A DNA stretch of 20,457 nucleotides from an uncultured Anaerolineae bacterium (GCA_964589015.1 CAZPTF010000011.1:6743-27199); one strand, 5' to 3'. Positions 8,174-17,286 are shown, numbered from the stretch's first letter. Translations and numbers: made by a program. The notes: generated from the letters alone by a model not told the origin.

Positions 8174-9031
8174 TCAGTCAAGGGCCTTCGTCAGAATCTG
8201 CGTGTCGCAGTCGGTCAACTTGAACCCGAATTTCTCATACAGCCTGCGCGATGCGCTATTTTCCACCTGAGTGTTCAGGGTAATGTGATTGACCCCGCTC
8301 TGATGCAGGAATGCGATGCTCTCGGCGAGCAACCTGGTACCGATGCCCAATTTCTGTAACTGCGGATGAACCGCGAGACGATTGATGTGTCCGCGCCCAT
8401 TCCTCCAGACGCCGGACGTGTACCCGACAATCATGCGTTCCCATTCTGCTTTGAGCAGGTATCCTCCTTGATTGAGGGTTGATACGAGGACGTGCTCCTC
8501 ATTCTGCCAGAATTCCGAGAATGACACTCTGTCCACGGAGAGAATTTCATCGTGATCGTCCGGTGCTGCCACACTGACCTGGACGGCGCGATTCCCGAAT
8601 TCCGGAATGTGCCAGTCGAGCTTGAGATAGTTGGCAAGGTTGCCTGCGAAACCGAAGTCCAGATGTTCGCGGAGGACCGCGGCTACCCAGTCGCTGCTGG
8701 TAATGCAGGTCAACCGCGTTATCCCGTGCTCACGCAGGTGCGGTCTGGCGTGCTGGAACAGAGCTGAGAGGATCTCTGCGTCGTCGCAGTGAGCTCCCAA
8801 CGCGAGCCCGATGATAGCGGCGTGGCCTTTGGTGACCTCCATGTAGAGGAAGAACCCAAGCAAACCTCCGTCGGGATGCTCTGCTACGAAACCCTCGTGA
8901 GTCGAAATCCAATCGAGCAGATCACTCACCGAGAATCTGATATGACATCTGTTTTGGTTACCCAACCAGCGGATCAGCCGTCCCTCGTCACTGCTTCGGA
9001 CCTGACGGACGGTTACGGAAAGAATCTTCAT
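8174..9031 (-). CDS. Tandem-GNAT N-acetyltransferase
   Basis: I set the start at the internal Met (MKILSVTVRQVRSSDEG). The ORF-track N-terminal 70 aa overlap the convincing plus-strand P-loop gene and have no RBS. The C-terminal GNAT core is RLAVHPQLQKLGIGTRLLAESIAFLHQSGVNHITLNTQVENSASRRLYEKFGFKL. A second, N-terminal GNAT-like fold is present, so this is a two-domain GNAT like MshD/Eis-type enzymes. Confidence 0.7.
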   Translation of the reverse strand: MKILSVTVRQVRSSDEGRLIRWLGNQNRCHIRFSVSDLLDWISTHEGFVAEHPDGGLLGFFLYMEVTKGHAAIIGLALGAHCDDAEILSALFQHARPHLREHGITRLTCITSSDWVAAVLREHLDFGFAGNLANYLKLDWHIPEFGNRAVQVSVAAPDDHDEILSVDRVSFSEFWQNEEHVLVSTLNQGGYLLKAEWERMIVGYTSGVWRNGRGHINRLAVHPQLQKLGIGTRLLAESIAFLHQSGVNHITLNTQVENSASRRLYEKFGFKLTDCDTQILTKALD

Positions 9032-9139
9032 GATTATCTTCTTGAACACATGCCAGAAAACAGGTAAAATTCTGCTGCGAATAAGATAAAGCTCACGGTA
9101 TTGACCGGCTGCGCTGAGTTGAGCGAGAGGGGGAACACG

Positions 9140-9514
9140 ATGCGCGTTACCCTGGTCGGACCATGTGCGTCGGGAAAATCGGTGTTGGCACGAGCGTTGC
9201 AGGATAGAGGATATGATGCCCGGCAATGCAGCCAGGAACATTCGTATGTCCCAGATATGTGGCGTCGCATCTGCAAACCGGATGTGCTGATCTATCTGGA
9301 TGCCGGGTTGGCGACAATCCGCCGGCGACGCCAGATCTCGTGGGGGCTATCTTACCTGCAGGTGCTAAACGATCGCCTGCGGGATGCTCGTGCACATAGT
9401 GATCTGGTTATCCGTACCGACGATATGACCCCCGACGAAATTCTGCAGCACGTGTTGCGTTTTCTACAACACCTCGAGCGGCCGGCAGCCAGCAGTGAAT
9501 CGAACCAGGGCTAA
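9140..9514 (+). CDS. Small P-loop NTPase / nucleotide-kinase-like protein
   Basis: Walker A motif MRVTLVGPCASGKSVLARAL. ATG at 9140 is preceded by GAGGGGGAACACG. About 124 aa; the family is uncertain (adenylate/shikimate-kinase-like fold). The 3' end overlaps the convergent dynamin gene by 4 bp. Confidence 0.6.
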   Translation: MRVTLVGPCASGKSVLARALQDRGYDARQCSQEHSYVPDMWRRICKPDVLIYLDAGLATIRRRRQISWGLSYLQVLNDRLRDARAHSDLVIRTDDMTPDEILQHVLRFLQHLERPAASSESNQG

Positions 9515-11262
9515 AGCTGCTCGACCTGTGTCTTGAGTTGCCCCATCGCTTCGTCTAGCTCGTTCATCTCCTGTTGGATGGTCTCCAGACGAGTCCTTTC
9601 GGCGCGTACGAAACGGGTGTACGGAGCAATTGCTTCCTGAATGCGTCGAATGGACCGGTCCAGCTCTTGCTCGAATTGGCTGGTCAGACCAGTCACCAAT
9701 CTTTTCCGTACAGCGCTGATCTTGTCCTGCAGCTCACGCTTTGCCCGTTTCCGCTTGGCCGGAATGACGAAGAATCCCAGTGTTGCCAGCACTCCGGCAG
9801 CCACTATGCCGGTAAAGTCGGCCAACGTAGAGCTCAGTGCGATGGCTACCAACGTGCCGAGTCCGATCGCCCCAACCTCGAGCAGGGCGGCCTGCGCCAC
9901 CGCCATCTGGGTCGCTTCTCCAATCGCTCTCGCCTCGCCGGCCTTGTCGTAGCTGGCGACAGCCTCTTGTGCCGCTTTCCCTACCGAGTCCAACAGCGTG
10001 CGCCGGTTGTATTCGAATTGCGAACCGACCTGCCCGATGACCTTCCCTTCATGTTCCGGAAGCCGCTGTTTGTTCAGATATTCCATGATGCCTTGCCATT
10101 GGCGCAGGTCGTGATCGACAAACCAATCGATGGTCTCGTCCACCGAGGCTTCGATCTGTTGCGGGGTCGCGGCGATGACTTCTCGCTCGTAGGCACCGCG
10201 GATGCGTTCGCTGTTGACCAGGTCAAACAAGCGTCCGATGCGCATGGTCTCGTCGAAGAAGTTCATCCCCCTCTTTTCCATGTTGAGCAGGTGATTCTCG
10301 ATGTCGCTGAGACGGTAACCAAAAGCACGCAACATGTCTTGCCGGTATACAGCCAATTGCCCCTCGATACTCTGAATGGTGGCGAAATCATCCCCCAGCA
10401 CCGTCAGGCGGTCGTTCACCATCTGTTGGCAGTGCTTGAGGATTTGCTCCGCGATTCCGAGCGGACTGAGCAACTTGAGGCGGACGCGACTGTTCTGGTC
10501 GAGTGTTTCGAGGATGTAACGTTCGAGCGGTTCGAAACGGCTTCTCTGCCACAAGTCTGCTGCCGCAGGTTCGTCTGTGGTTGTCTTTGCCTGTAGTGCC
10601 AACTTGGAAGAGATCGGGAAAACTTCCGGGACGAAACCCAGCAGGAGCCGGCTGTTGTCTTGGATGAAGTCAACGACTTTGTCGATCTCATCCTCTGCTT
10701 CGATGATATCGATCTTGTTGATGACCACCAGCACTTTTTTGCCCCACTGCCGGATGCGTTCCAGGAATGCACGCTCGCTCTCGGTGAAGGGACGGTCGGC
10801 TGAGGTCACGAAGAGGACAAGGTCGCTGCGCGGGATGAAGTCCTGGGTAATCTCTTCGTGTTGTCTGATCACCGCGTTCGTGCCCGGGGTGTCCACGATA
10901 TTGGTCTCTTGTAAAAACGGGATTGGCAGCGAGAGGGTCACCAGCGTGGGCCCTTTGACTTCTTGTTGGACCTCATCACCATGCCGCACGAGATGGATTT
11001 GGTGGGTCGTGGGTGTCACTCCCACGGTCAGTACGCGTTGGCCCAACAGCGCGTTGATGAAGGCGGATTTGCCGGAGTTGAATTCCCCGACGACGACCAG
11101 AAGGAAGAGCTCCTCAAGCTGGATGATCGATTGGTAGAGCCTCTCGGTGTCTTCCGCCGGGACTTGTGCGCGGGCCAAGACTGAGATCAAACGCGTGAAT
11201 AGCTCACGCTCTGCTTCCAGCAATTTCTTTTGCTTTGCATTCAGGATTGTCTGCAACGCCAT
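9511..11262 (-). CDS. Bacterial dynamin-like GTPase (BDLP/DynA/LeoA family)
   Basis: 583 aa. G1 motif GEFNSGKS. G3 motif VDTPGTNA. G4 motif INKID. Helical stalk and a C-terminal hydrophobic paddle/hairpin (GLGTLVAIALSSTLADFTGIVAAGVLATLGFFVIPAKRKRAK). ATG at 11262 with AGAGGA RBS. Confidence 0.85.
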   Translation of the reverse strand: MALQTILNAKQKKLLEAERELFTRLISVLARAQVPAEDTERLYQSIIQLEELFLLVVVGEFNSGKSAFINALLGQRVLTVGVTPTTHQIHLVRHGDEVQQEVKGPTLVTLSLPIPFLQETNIVDTPGTNAVIRQHEEITQDFIPRSDLVLFVTSADRPFTESERAFLERIRQWGKKVLVVINKIDIIEAEDEIDKVVDFIQDNSRLLLGFVPEVFPISSKLALQAKTTTDEPAAADLWQRSRFEPLERYILETLDQNSRVRLKLLSPLGIAEQILKHCQQMVNDRLTVLGDDFATIQSIEGQLAVYRQDMLRAFGYRLSDIENHLLNMEKRGMNFFDETMRIGRLFDLVNSERIRGAYEREVIAATPQQIEASVDETIDWFVDHDLRQWQGIMEYLNKQRLPEHEGKVIGQVGSQFEYNRRTLLDSVGKAAQEAVASYDKAGEARAIGEATQMAVAQAALLEVGAIGLGTLVAIALSSTLADFTGIVAAGVLATLGFFVIPAKRKRAKRELQDKISAVRKRLVTGLTSQFEQELDRSIRRIQEAIAPYTRFVRAERTRLETIQQEMNELDEAMGQLKTQVEQL

Positions 11263-11394
11263 GTGCGTCCTCTATCTGGTTCGCGACGGTGCAACTGTCA
11301 GGCCGGTACCGGACCCTTGCGGGCTCGTCGAATGTCCGTTGCCGCCGTATTCTCGTGATCGGTCATTGCTACCCTATTCTAGCACGGAAGTGAC

Positions 11395-11407
11395 AGAATG
11401 TCATTCT
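11395..11407. promoter_or_regulatory. 13-bp perfect palindrome AGAATGTCATTCT, a candidate operator upstream of the dynamin-like gene
   Basis: I read this directly in the sequence. It lies about 135 bp upstream of the dynamin ATG and 60 bp downstream of the uvrB stop. Next to it is an 8-bp inverted repeat CCGGTTCG (11412-11419) / CGAACCGG (11449-11456). Confidence 0.3.
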
Positions 11408-11468
11408 CCATCCGGTTCGAGAAGAACGGATTTCTCATGACTGCGTGGCGAACCGGTTGTATGCACCA

Positions 11469-13502
11469 TCAAGATTGCTTGCGGTGCTGCGCTTCCCAAC
11501 GGCGGATGCGTTCCCATTCAGGGATATCTTCATCTTCCAGATTTCGGCGCAGCTCAATGATTTGGTCTCGGATGATAGCAGCCTTCTCGAACTCCAATGC
11601 AGTCGCTGCGGCCTTCATTTGTTTTTCCAGTTCTTTGATCAGCCGCAATGCTTCATCCTTGGGAATTTCGGTTCGGATGCGATATTCGGCCCGCTCGTCC
11701 GCAACGGAACGCACACGGTCCGTGAGGTCACGGATCTCCTTGATGATGCTGGCGGGCACAATGCCGTGCTCCTGGTTGTATTGCACCTGCTTCTGCCGCC
11801 GGCGGTTCGTCTCGTTGAGTGCTGCCTGCATCGATGGCGTGATCTGATCTGCGTATAACAGCACCCGGCCGTTGATGTGACGGGCGGCCCGTCCGATGGT
11901 CTGAATCAGCGCGCTGCTGGACCGCAGGAACCCTTCTTTGTCGGCGTCCAGAATGGCGACCAGCGAGACTTCCGGCAGGTCTAAGCCTTCGCGCAGCAGG
12001 TTGATGCCGACGACTACGTCGTACATGCCGCTGCGCAAGTCGCGGAGGATCTCTACGCGTTCGAGCGTGTGAATTTCCGAATGCAGATAATGTACTTTGA
12101 TCCCCGCTTCCAGCAGGTAATCGGCCAACTCCTCGGCCATCCGCTTGGTCAGTGTGGTCACGAGGGTGCGTTCCTTGCGGTCCACACGGGCCCGGATCTC
12201 TTTGACTAGATCGTCGATCTGCCCTTTCGTTGGCCTTACCTCGACCTGAGGATCTACCAGACCGGTGGGCCGGATGATCTGCTCGACGATTTGGGATGAT
12301 TGCGCGAGTTCGTATGGACCCGGTGTGGCAGAGGCATAGATGATCTGGTGAATGTGGTCCTCGAATTCGGAAAACCTGAGCGGGCGGTTGTCGAGCGCGG
12401 AGGGCAGACGAAAACCGAAATCGATCAGTGTCTCCTTGCGTGCACGGTCGCCGTTGTACATGCCATGAAGCTGTGGAATGGTCATGTGGGATTCATCGAC
12501 GATGATCAGGAAATCGTCCGGAAAATAATCGAGCAACGTCCAGGGCGTGCTGCCGGCTTCACGACCACCCAGATGGCGCGAGTAGTTCTCGATCCCGGAA
12601 CAGTAGCCCACTTCCTGGAGCATTTCGATATCGTAACGGGTGCGCTGTTCAAGCCGCTGTGCTTCGAGCAGCCGGTCATGGCGCTGCAGGTATGCCAGGT
12701 GTTCTTCCAGTTCGCTCTCAATGTTCTCCAAGGCTGCCTGGAGTTTCTCCTGTGGGGTGATGAAGTGCTTGGCAGGATAGATCTCGATCTTGTCGCGTTC
12801 GCCCAGAATCTCTCCGGTCAGCGGCTCGAATTCGACAATGCGGTCGATCTCGTCGCCCCAGAACTCGACGCGGTACCCGAACTCGCCGTACGCCGGAAAG
12901 ATATCCAGCGTATCGCCGTGAACGCGAAACGTGCCGCGCGTAAAACTCACGTCGTTGCGGGTGTAGTAGATGTCCACGAGATGGCGCAGAATCTTGTCGC
13001 GCTTGCGCAGCTCTCCTTTGTTCAGTTCGATGACCACCTTGCCATAGTCTTCCGGACTGCCCAGGCCGTAGATACATGAGACGGACGCGACGATCAGCAC
13101 GTCCTTGCGGCTGAGCAGCGATTGGGTGGCGGACAGGCGCAACCGGTCGATTTCGTCGTTGATGCTGGCGTCCTTTTCGATGTAGGTGTCGGTACGTGGG
13201 ATGTAAGCTTCCGGCTGGTAGTAATCGTAGTAGCTGACGAAGTATTCCACCGCGTTATCGGGCAGAAATTCCTTGAACTCGCTGTACAGTTGCGCGGCCA
13301 ACGTCTTGTTGTGGGCAATGACCAATGTGGGACGTTGCCATTGCGCGACGAGTTGCGCCATGACGTAGGTCTTGCCGGTGCCCGTCGCACCCAGCAGCGT
13401 CTGGTGGACGTAGCCTGCTTGCAGTCCTGCGATAAGTTGCGCGATGGCCTGGGGCTGATCGCCTTGGGGCTGGAAATCGGAAACCAATCGAAATTCGGAC
13501 AT
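11469..13502 (-). CDS. uvrB: Excinuclease ABC subunit B (UvrB)
   Basis: The N-terminus [20 protein letters not shown], the Walker A motif GATGTGKT, the helicase motifs and the C-terminal UvrB/UvrC interaction region ([13 protein letters not shown]) are classic UvrB. I moved the start to the ATG at 13502, which has a GAGGA RBS. The 58-aa upstream extension in the ORF track is the out-of-frame 3' end of the M20 gene. The stop and start overlap as TAATG. Confidence 0.93.
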   Translation of the reverse strand: MSEFRLVSDFQPQGDQPQAIAQLIAGLQAGYVHQTLLGATGTGKTYVMAQLVAQWQRPTLVIAHNKTLAAQLYSEFKEFLPDNAVEYFVSYYDYYQPEAYIPRTDTYIEKDASINDEIDRLRLSATQSLLSRKDVLIVASVSCIYGLGSPEDYGKVVIELNKGELRKRDKILRHLVDIYYTRNDVSFTRGTFRVHGDTLDIFPAYGEFGYRVEFWGDEIDRIVEFEPLTGEILGERDKIEIYPAKHFITPQEKLQAALENIESELEEHLAYLQRHDRLLEAQRLEQRTRYDIEMLQEVGYCSGIENYSRHLGGREAGSTPWTLLDYFPDDFLIIVDESHMTIPQLHGMYNGDRARKETLIDFGFRLPSALDNRPLRFSEFEDHIHQIIYASATPGPYELAQSSQIVEQIIRPTGLVDPQVEVRPTKGQIDDLVKEIRARVDRKERTLVTTLTKRMAEELADYLLEAGIKVHYLHSEIHTLERVEILRDLRSGMYDVVVGINLLREGLDLPEVSLVAILDADKEGFLRSSSALIQTIGRAARHINGRVLLYADQITPSMQAALNETNRRRQKQVQYNQEHGIVPASIIKEIRDLTDRVRSVADERAEYRIRTEIPKDEALRLIKELEKQMKAAATALEFEKAAIIRDQIIELRRNLEDEDIPEWERIRRWEAQHRKQS

Positions 13503-14713
13503 TATCCTCGTCCCAATTCGAGGGCCAAGGCCATGTAGCCAACCAGACCTTTGACCATCGCTTCCAATGCTATCCGGTCGCCCGTCGTATGCGGATAGAG
13601 GTCCGACGCCGGCGCGAATCCGATGGTCGGAATGCCGGCGTTGACGAGATACGCGCCATCTGTGGCAAACCGCCATTTGATCACCGCCACTTCGTGTCCA
13701 AAGCGGGTTTCCAGTGTATTTTGCGCCTTCGCTATCAGGGGGTGATCGGCTGCCAGAACGAACCCCGGGAATTCTCTCGGCAGATCCTCTTCGTAGCCGG
13801 TGTACGCCCGGAAATGGGAGACGTTGAGCGCAACGTGCCCCTCACAGCCATCTTCGAGGCTATCATTGAGCATCTTCTGGAGGCTACCGATGACTTCCTC
13901 CGGAGTTTCCTCGGGTACATTGCGCCAGTCGAGGTAGAGTATGGCCTCTCCTGGCACGACGTTGGCACTGCATTGATCCGTGTGATACAGCGTAGGGGCG
14001 ACACTGGATGAGCCAAAGTCTGCACTGGGCGTCATCTCCATCGTTTTCAGTTTGCTCAGAAAGCGGGCCATACTGTAATGTGGGTTCGCACCGCGCTCGG
14101 GGACACTGGCGTGTACGGAACGTCCCTTGATGCGTACAAGGATCTCCAGACGGCCTCTGTGCCCGCGCGCGATCTGGTTGCTGGTGGCTTCACCGACCAC
14201 AGCCATGTCGGCCTGTAATTCTCCTGCCAGAATGCGAGTTCCCAATCCCCCAGTCTCCTCGAAAACGACAGCCGTGACGTAGCAGTCTCCCGGTAGTGCG
14301 AGACCGGCTCTGCGCAATAACGCCGGCGCGTAAATCTGCAATGCCAGGGCGGCTTTCATGTCACTCGCCCCTCGCCCCCACAGCCATTCGCTGTCCAGAT
14401 GTCCGCTGTACGGCGGATGAGGCCATTCACCCGGGTTCCCCGGATCGACGATATCCATGTGTCCGTTGAACAGGAGCGACTTGCCGTCTTCGCCGTGCAG
14501 CAGCCCGATTACATTCCCGACTTTGTCCGTCCAGATGCGGTCGTAGCCGAGTTGGTTCATCTCGGCCTGAATGATGCGCGCGACCGCGGCTTCTTCTCCG
14601 GGCAGACTGGGCGTTTGGATCAGTCTTTGGGCGAAGCCCAGCCAATCCTCGCGGTAGCGCGTAGCCAGTTTCCACAGGTCTTCGGTCGGCGTGGCACAAT
14701 ATTGTTCTGTCAC
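13502..14713 (-). CDS. M20-family metallopeptidase / amidohydrolase (ArgE/DapE/YgeY-like)
   Basis: 403 aa. Metal-binding motifs typical of M20: NGHMDIV, ASDMKAA, FEETGG. GTG start at 14713 with AAGGAG 8 nt upstream. The 3' end is translationally coupled to uvrB. Confidence 0.82.
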   Translation of the reverse strand: MTEQYCATPTEDLWKLATRYREDWLGFAQRLIQTPSLPGEEAAVARIIQAEMNQLGYDRIWTDKVGNVIGLLHGEDGKSLLFNGHMDIVDPGNPGEWPHPPYSGHLDSEWLWGRGASDMKAALALQIYAPALLRRAGLALPGDCYVTAVVFEETGGLGTRILAGELQADMAVVGEATSNQIARGHRGRLEILVRIKGRSVHASVPERGANPHYSMARFLSKLKTMEMTPSADFGSSSVAPTLYHTDQCSANVVPGEAILYLDWRNVPEETPEEVIGSLQKMLNDSLEDGCEGHVALNVSHFRAYTGYEEDLPREFPGFVLAADHPLIAKAQNTLETRFGHEVAVIKWRFATDGAYLVNAGIPTIGFAPASDLYPHTTGDRIALEAMVKGLVGYMALALELGRG

Positions 14714-14937
14714 CGTTTTGCTCCTTCATGAATTACGGAATTGGGCAGGTCGCACACATTACACCCGCGCCCGATCTGCTGCCCATTGGACTTGCCGGCT
14801 CGTGTCGCCAAGCCATTGCCAGGGCGATCATACAAACGGAAACCACACCAACTCTGGTTGCACAAGTTGTGGTATGCCCTGTCCAGGGTGGTGTGGTGAC
14901 TCAGTTACAGGATGATTGCCAGCACCACGACTCAATG

Positions 14938-15852
14938 TCAACTGCTGCTGCAACCAGGAACCTGCGCGACGATTGTCCGATTGACCAGCGCGGCGTGGAC
15001 GATGTCCTTGACATCTCTGAAATCAGCATCGGTCTCGGCAACCGTTCCCACGGAGATCGATAAGACAGGGATCGACCGTGTGCCAGCTGCCGAATCTTCT
15101 CCTGCGGAATCCACAAAACTTTCCCGGTCCGCGGCGGGATAGAAGAAGCTCAGCGCCTGCGTCAGCTGGCTTACCAGGTGGCTCTGCAATCTCTCCGCCG
15201 CCTCGGTTGTCGTGATGATAATGAAACTGCCTCTGCCGGGATCACCCACAAAATCTTCGCTGGAGCCCAGGTTGTCGATCGCCTTGCCGAGGACGAGAGC
15301 GGTCGCGCGCAGCACTTCGTTGCCGGCAACGAAGCCGTATCGCGCGCTGAATTCTTCCAGCCCGGCAATGGTCAGCAGCAGAATCGTCCAGCCCTGCCGG
15401 TCGAGCAATTCCTGCAATCGCGCATCCAGGAGCTTGCCGCCAGGCAACGCGGTAATCGGATCCACCAGACTCTCGAACCGCGCACGATTGAGCGCGTTTC
15501 GCACGCGCAGCCGGAGCTCCTGCACATCAAAAGGCTTCGTCAGGTAATCGATCGCTCCCAACCTGAGCCCGGCGATGCGATCGTTGCGTTCTCTGCGTTC
15601 TGTCAGGAAAATGACCGGAGTCTGGCTGGTGCGCCAGTTTCGCCGCAACTCCCGGCAGACCTCGTAGCCGTCGATATCGGGAAGACGAATGTCGAGCACT
15701 ACGAGATCGGGTGGGTTACGGCGGCTCATTTCGATTCCATCCCTACCCCAACTGGCTTGCATGACTTCGTAGCCTTGAGACTCGAAGTACAACCGCAGCA
15801 TGTCTGCGGTTTCCGGATCATCCTCCACGAACAGAATCTTACCCTTGCTCAC
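14938..15852 (-). CDS. Response regulator: receiver (REC) domain + degenerate GGDEF domain
   Basis: The REC domain has the phospho-acceptor context (LFVEDD...DLVVLDIRLPDIDGYEV...LTKP). The C-terminal domain aligns with the GGDEF fold, but the GG(D/E)EF signature reads GRGSF and the DxLT/DID positions are substituted, so it is predicted to be catalytically inactive. GTG start at 15852 with GGAGG RBS. Confidence 0.8.
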   Translation of the reverse strand: MSKGKILFVEDDPETADMLRLYFESQGYEVMQASWGRDGIEMSRRNPPDLVVLDIRLPDIDGYEVCRELRRNWRTSQTPVIFLTERRERNDRIAGLRLGAIDYLTKPFDVQELRLRVRNALNRARFESLVDPITALPGGKLLDARLQELLDRQGWTILLLTIAGLEEFSARYGFVAGNEVLRATALVLGKAIDNLGSSEDFVGDPGRGSFIIITTTEAAERLQSHLVSQLTQALSFFYPAADRESFVDSAGEDSAAGTRSIPVLSISVGTVAETDADFRDVKDIVHAALVNRTIVAQVPGCSSS

Positions 15853-15906
15853 CCCGTGCCTCCATTTCTTTTGGGAGCCTGACGCACCAAACAGACGCCG
15901 GGCCTT

Positions 15907-16539
15907 TCAGCTAATGGGTTCCTTGGGTACTTCGAAACTGCAGGTACGTCCCCCGTCCGCGACACACTCTATTTCCATCACCCGATAAATCTTGCCGCCG
16001 CTGACCCATTTGAGACCTTCTTGAATGAGACCTGCTGCAATGTGGCAGATTGGTTTATCTGCTTTCCGTCCCCAACACACCGGGCATCGCTCGATGACGT
16101 AGATATAGCGATTCTCTTCCTCTATAATGTGAGAAGGTTGATCGCTGAATTTGGTGAATACCTCGGCCATCGCCTTGAGCCCCACCTTCATTTTTGTCCC
16201 TTGAGGTAACACACGGAAAGCCAGATCCGCCATGCCCACGAACGTAGCGAAGCCCTGGAGCCCCTCGTTGAAGACTGCCTGGCCGGCACGCAAACTCAAG
16301 GCGCGTCCGCCGCGTGGCCCCACCATATCGTCGAGAGCCTGGTCTAGCGCTGAGAACTCGGCAAAATCCCACTCTTTGTTCAGGTTATTGGGTGGATAGT
16401 TATCAATACGGTGGTCCAGACCTGCCAGCCGCAGAAGCGCATTGATACCGTTCTGCCCCAGAATCTCCTCGATGGCGTTCATAATGATTCGTCCCATTTT
16501 GTTGGGGTAATAGTAACCGCTTGGCGTCAAGCGCGACAC
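15907..16539 (-). CDS. V4R (4-vinyl reductase) domain protein
   Basis: 210 aa with composition and motifs of V4R small-molecule-binding domains, including the Cys cluster CPVCWGRKADKPICH. GTG at 16539 with GGAGGT RBS. It sits 54 bp upstream of the REC-GGDEF gene on the same strand, so the two are a likely operon. Confidence 0.7.
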   Translation of the reverse strand: MSRLTPSGYYYPNKMGRIIMNAIEEILGQNGINALLRLAGLDHRIDNYPPNNLNKEWDFAEFSALDQALDDMVGPRGGRALSLRAGQAVFNEGLQGFATFVGMADLAFRVLPQGTKMKVGLKAMAEVFTKFSDQPSHIIEEENRYIYVIERCPVCWGRKADKPICHIAAGLIQEGLKWVSGGKIYRVMEIECVADGGRTCSFEVPKEPIS

Positions 16540-16556
16540 GCTGTTACCTCCTGCAG

Positions 16557-16611
16557 AGAAACGTCAGCTCGGGACAGCGCTGGCAGGGTTGTTCTGCCCG
16601 GCGACGTTTCT
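16557..16611 (-). promoter_or_regulatory. Stable imperfect hairpin in the 5' UTR of the V4R gene, immediately upstream of its Shine-Dalgarno
   Basis: 9-bp outer stem AGAAACGTC (16557-16565) / GACGTTTCT (16603-16611) with an inner bulged CGGGACAG / CTGCCCG stem. On the minus transcript it ends about 6 nt before the GGAGG RBS. No U-tract follows, so it is not a terminator. Confidence 0.35.
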
Positions 16612-16649
16612 GAAGCCATCTCAGCACGCGTAGATTTTGCAGCCATTCC

Positions 16650-16678
16650 ATTCTATCCATCTTGACCCAATACGTCAA
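16650..16678 (-). promoter_or_regulatory. Near-consensus sigma70 promoter for the V4R/REC-GGDEF operon (TTGACG, 17-nt spacer, TAGAAT on minus strand)
   Basis: Reverse complement of plus 16673-16678 is TTGACG. Spacer is 17 nt. Reverse complement of plus 16650-16655 is TAGAAT. Predicted TSS is about 100 nt upstream of the V4R start codon. Confidence 0.5.
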
Positions 16679-16736
16679 CTCATGTTCCTGATCACGTGAT
16701 TGCAGGATTTTTGGCAACCGTCAAAGCCCCTTCGAT

Positions 16737-17243
16737 GTGACAGATCTGCTGGAGAGGACGGTCGTAGTAACAGCCCGTGCCAGTCTACCACGGTGCACCC
16801 CGGCGTATGATCCGCGCAGGCGCGGCAGGTCCGGCACAGGAGCAGTGGCAACAGAGATTGTCCCGGTCGTGGGCGTGACGTCTGACTGGGCCAATCTTCA
16901 CATACGCATTGTGGAAGTTTGGCAGTCGGTTTATATGGATTGTCGCGCAGTTGGGCTGCGTCCGAGAGTGGTACAGTCTGAACTCACCAAGAGGATATAT
17001 GCGTGTGAATCTTGTCAGTCACGTTTTCAACGTGAGGAGTTCACGGTCGGTGACTTCCCAAGAATTCCGGATGCGCCGGTCCGTATGAGTGCAGGACGCC
17101 GCGAGATGACGGTATTATCCTGCGCAGTCTTCATCCCAGGCGCGAGAAAAGCTTGGTGGATGGTTGCTTCGGCGGCTGCATTGTGGACAGTGAGCTCGAA
17201 GCAGCAGCGCGCCGCTGCTCTCGCGCTCTTCCCCTTATGTTAA
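16737..17243 (+). other. Weak 168-aa ORF (GTG start, no RBS) in an otherwise non-coding ~700-bp GC-rich spacer; possibly a gene remnant or non-coding
   Basis: There is no RBS and no recognisable domain. The composition is Arg/Cys-rich. The ORF lies between two divergent promoters and is not covered by either predicted transcript. Confidence 0.12.
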
Positions 17244-17257
17244 TGGATCTGGAGTAC

Positions 17258-17286
17258 TTGACAAATCCTGGGAGTTCTATTATAAT
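17258..17286 (+). promoter_or_regulatory. Perfect-consensus sigma70 promoter (TTGACA, 17-nt spacer, TATAAT)
   Basis: TTGACA at 17258-17263, a 17-nt spacer, then TATAAT at 17281-17286. It lies about 500 nt upstream of the Liv-type SBP start codon. Confidence 0.6.

Noticed and set aside
8146-8188. AAGGCCCT ... AGGGCCTT inverted repeat around the GNAT stop codon
   Set aside because: The 25-nt loop contains the stop codon and there is no U-tract. It is not a convincing terminator.
9574-10596. 340-aa plus-strand ORF
   Set aside because: Antisense to the dynamin-like GTPase, whose GTPase motifs make the minus frame unambiguous.
12300-13079. 259-aa plus-strand ORF
   Set aside because: Antisense to uvrB.
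13502-13676. 58-aa N-terminal extension of UvrB in the ORF track
   Set aside because: It is the reading-through frame upstream of the true start. The canonical UvrB N-terminus (MSEFRLV...) with a GAGGA RBS begins at 13502, and the extension overlaps the M20 gene.
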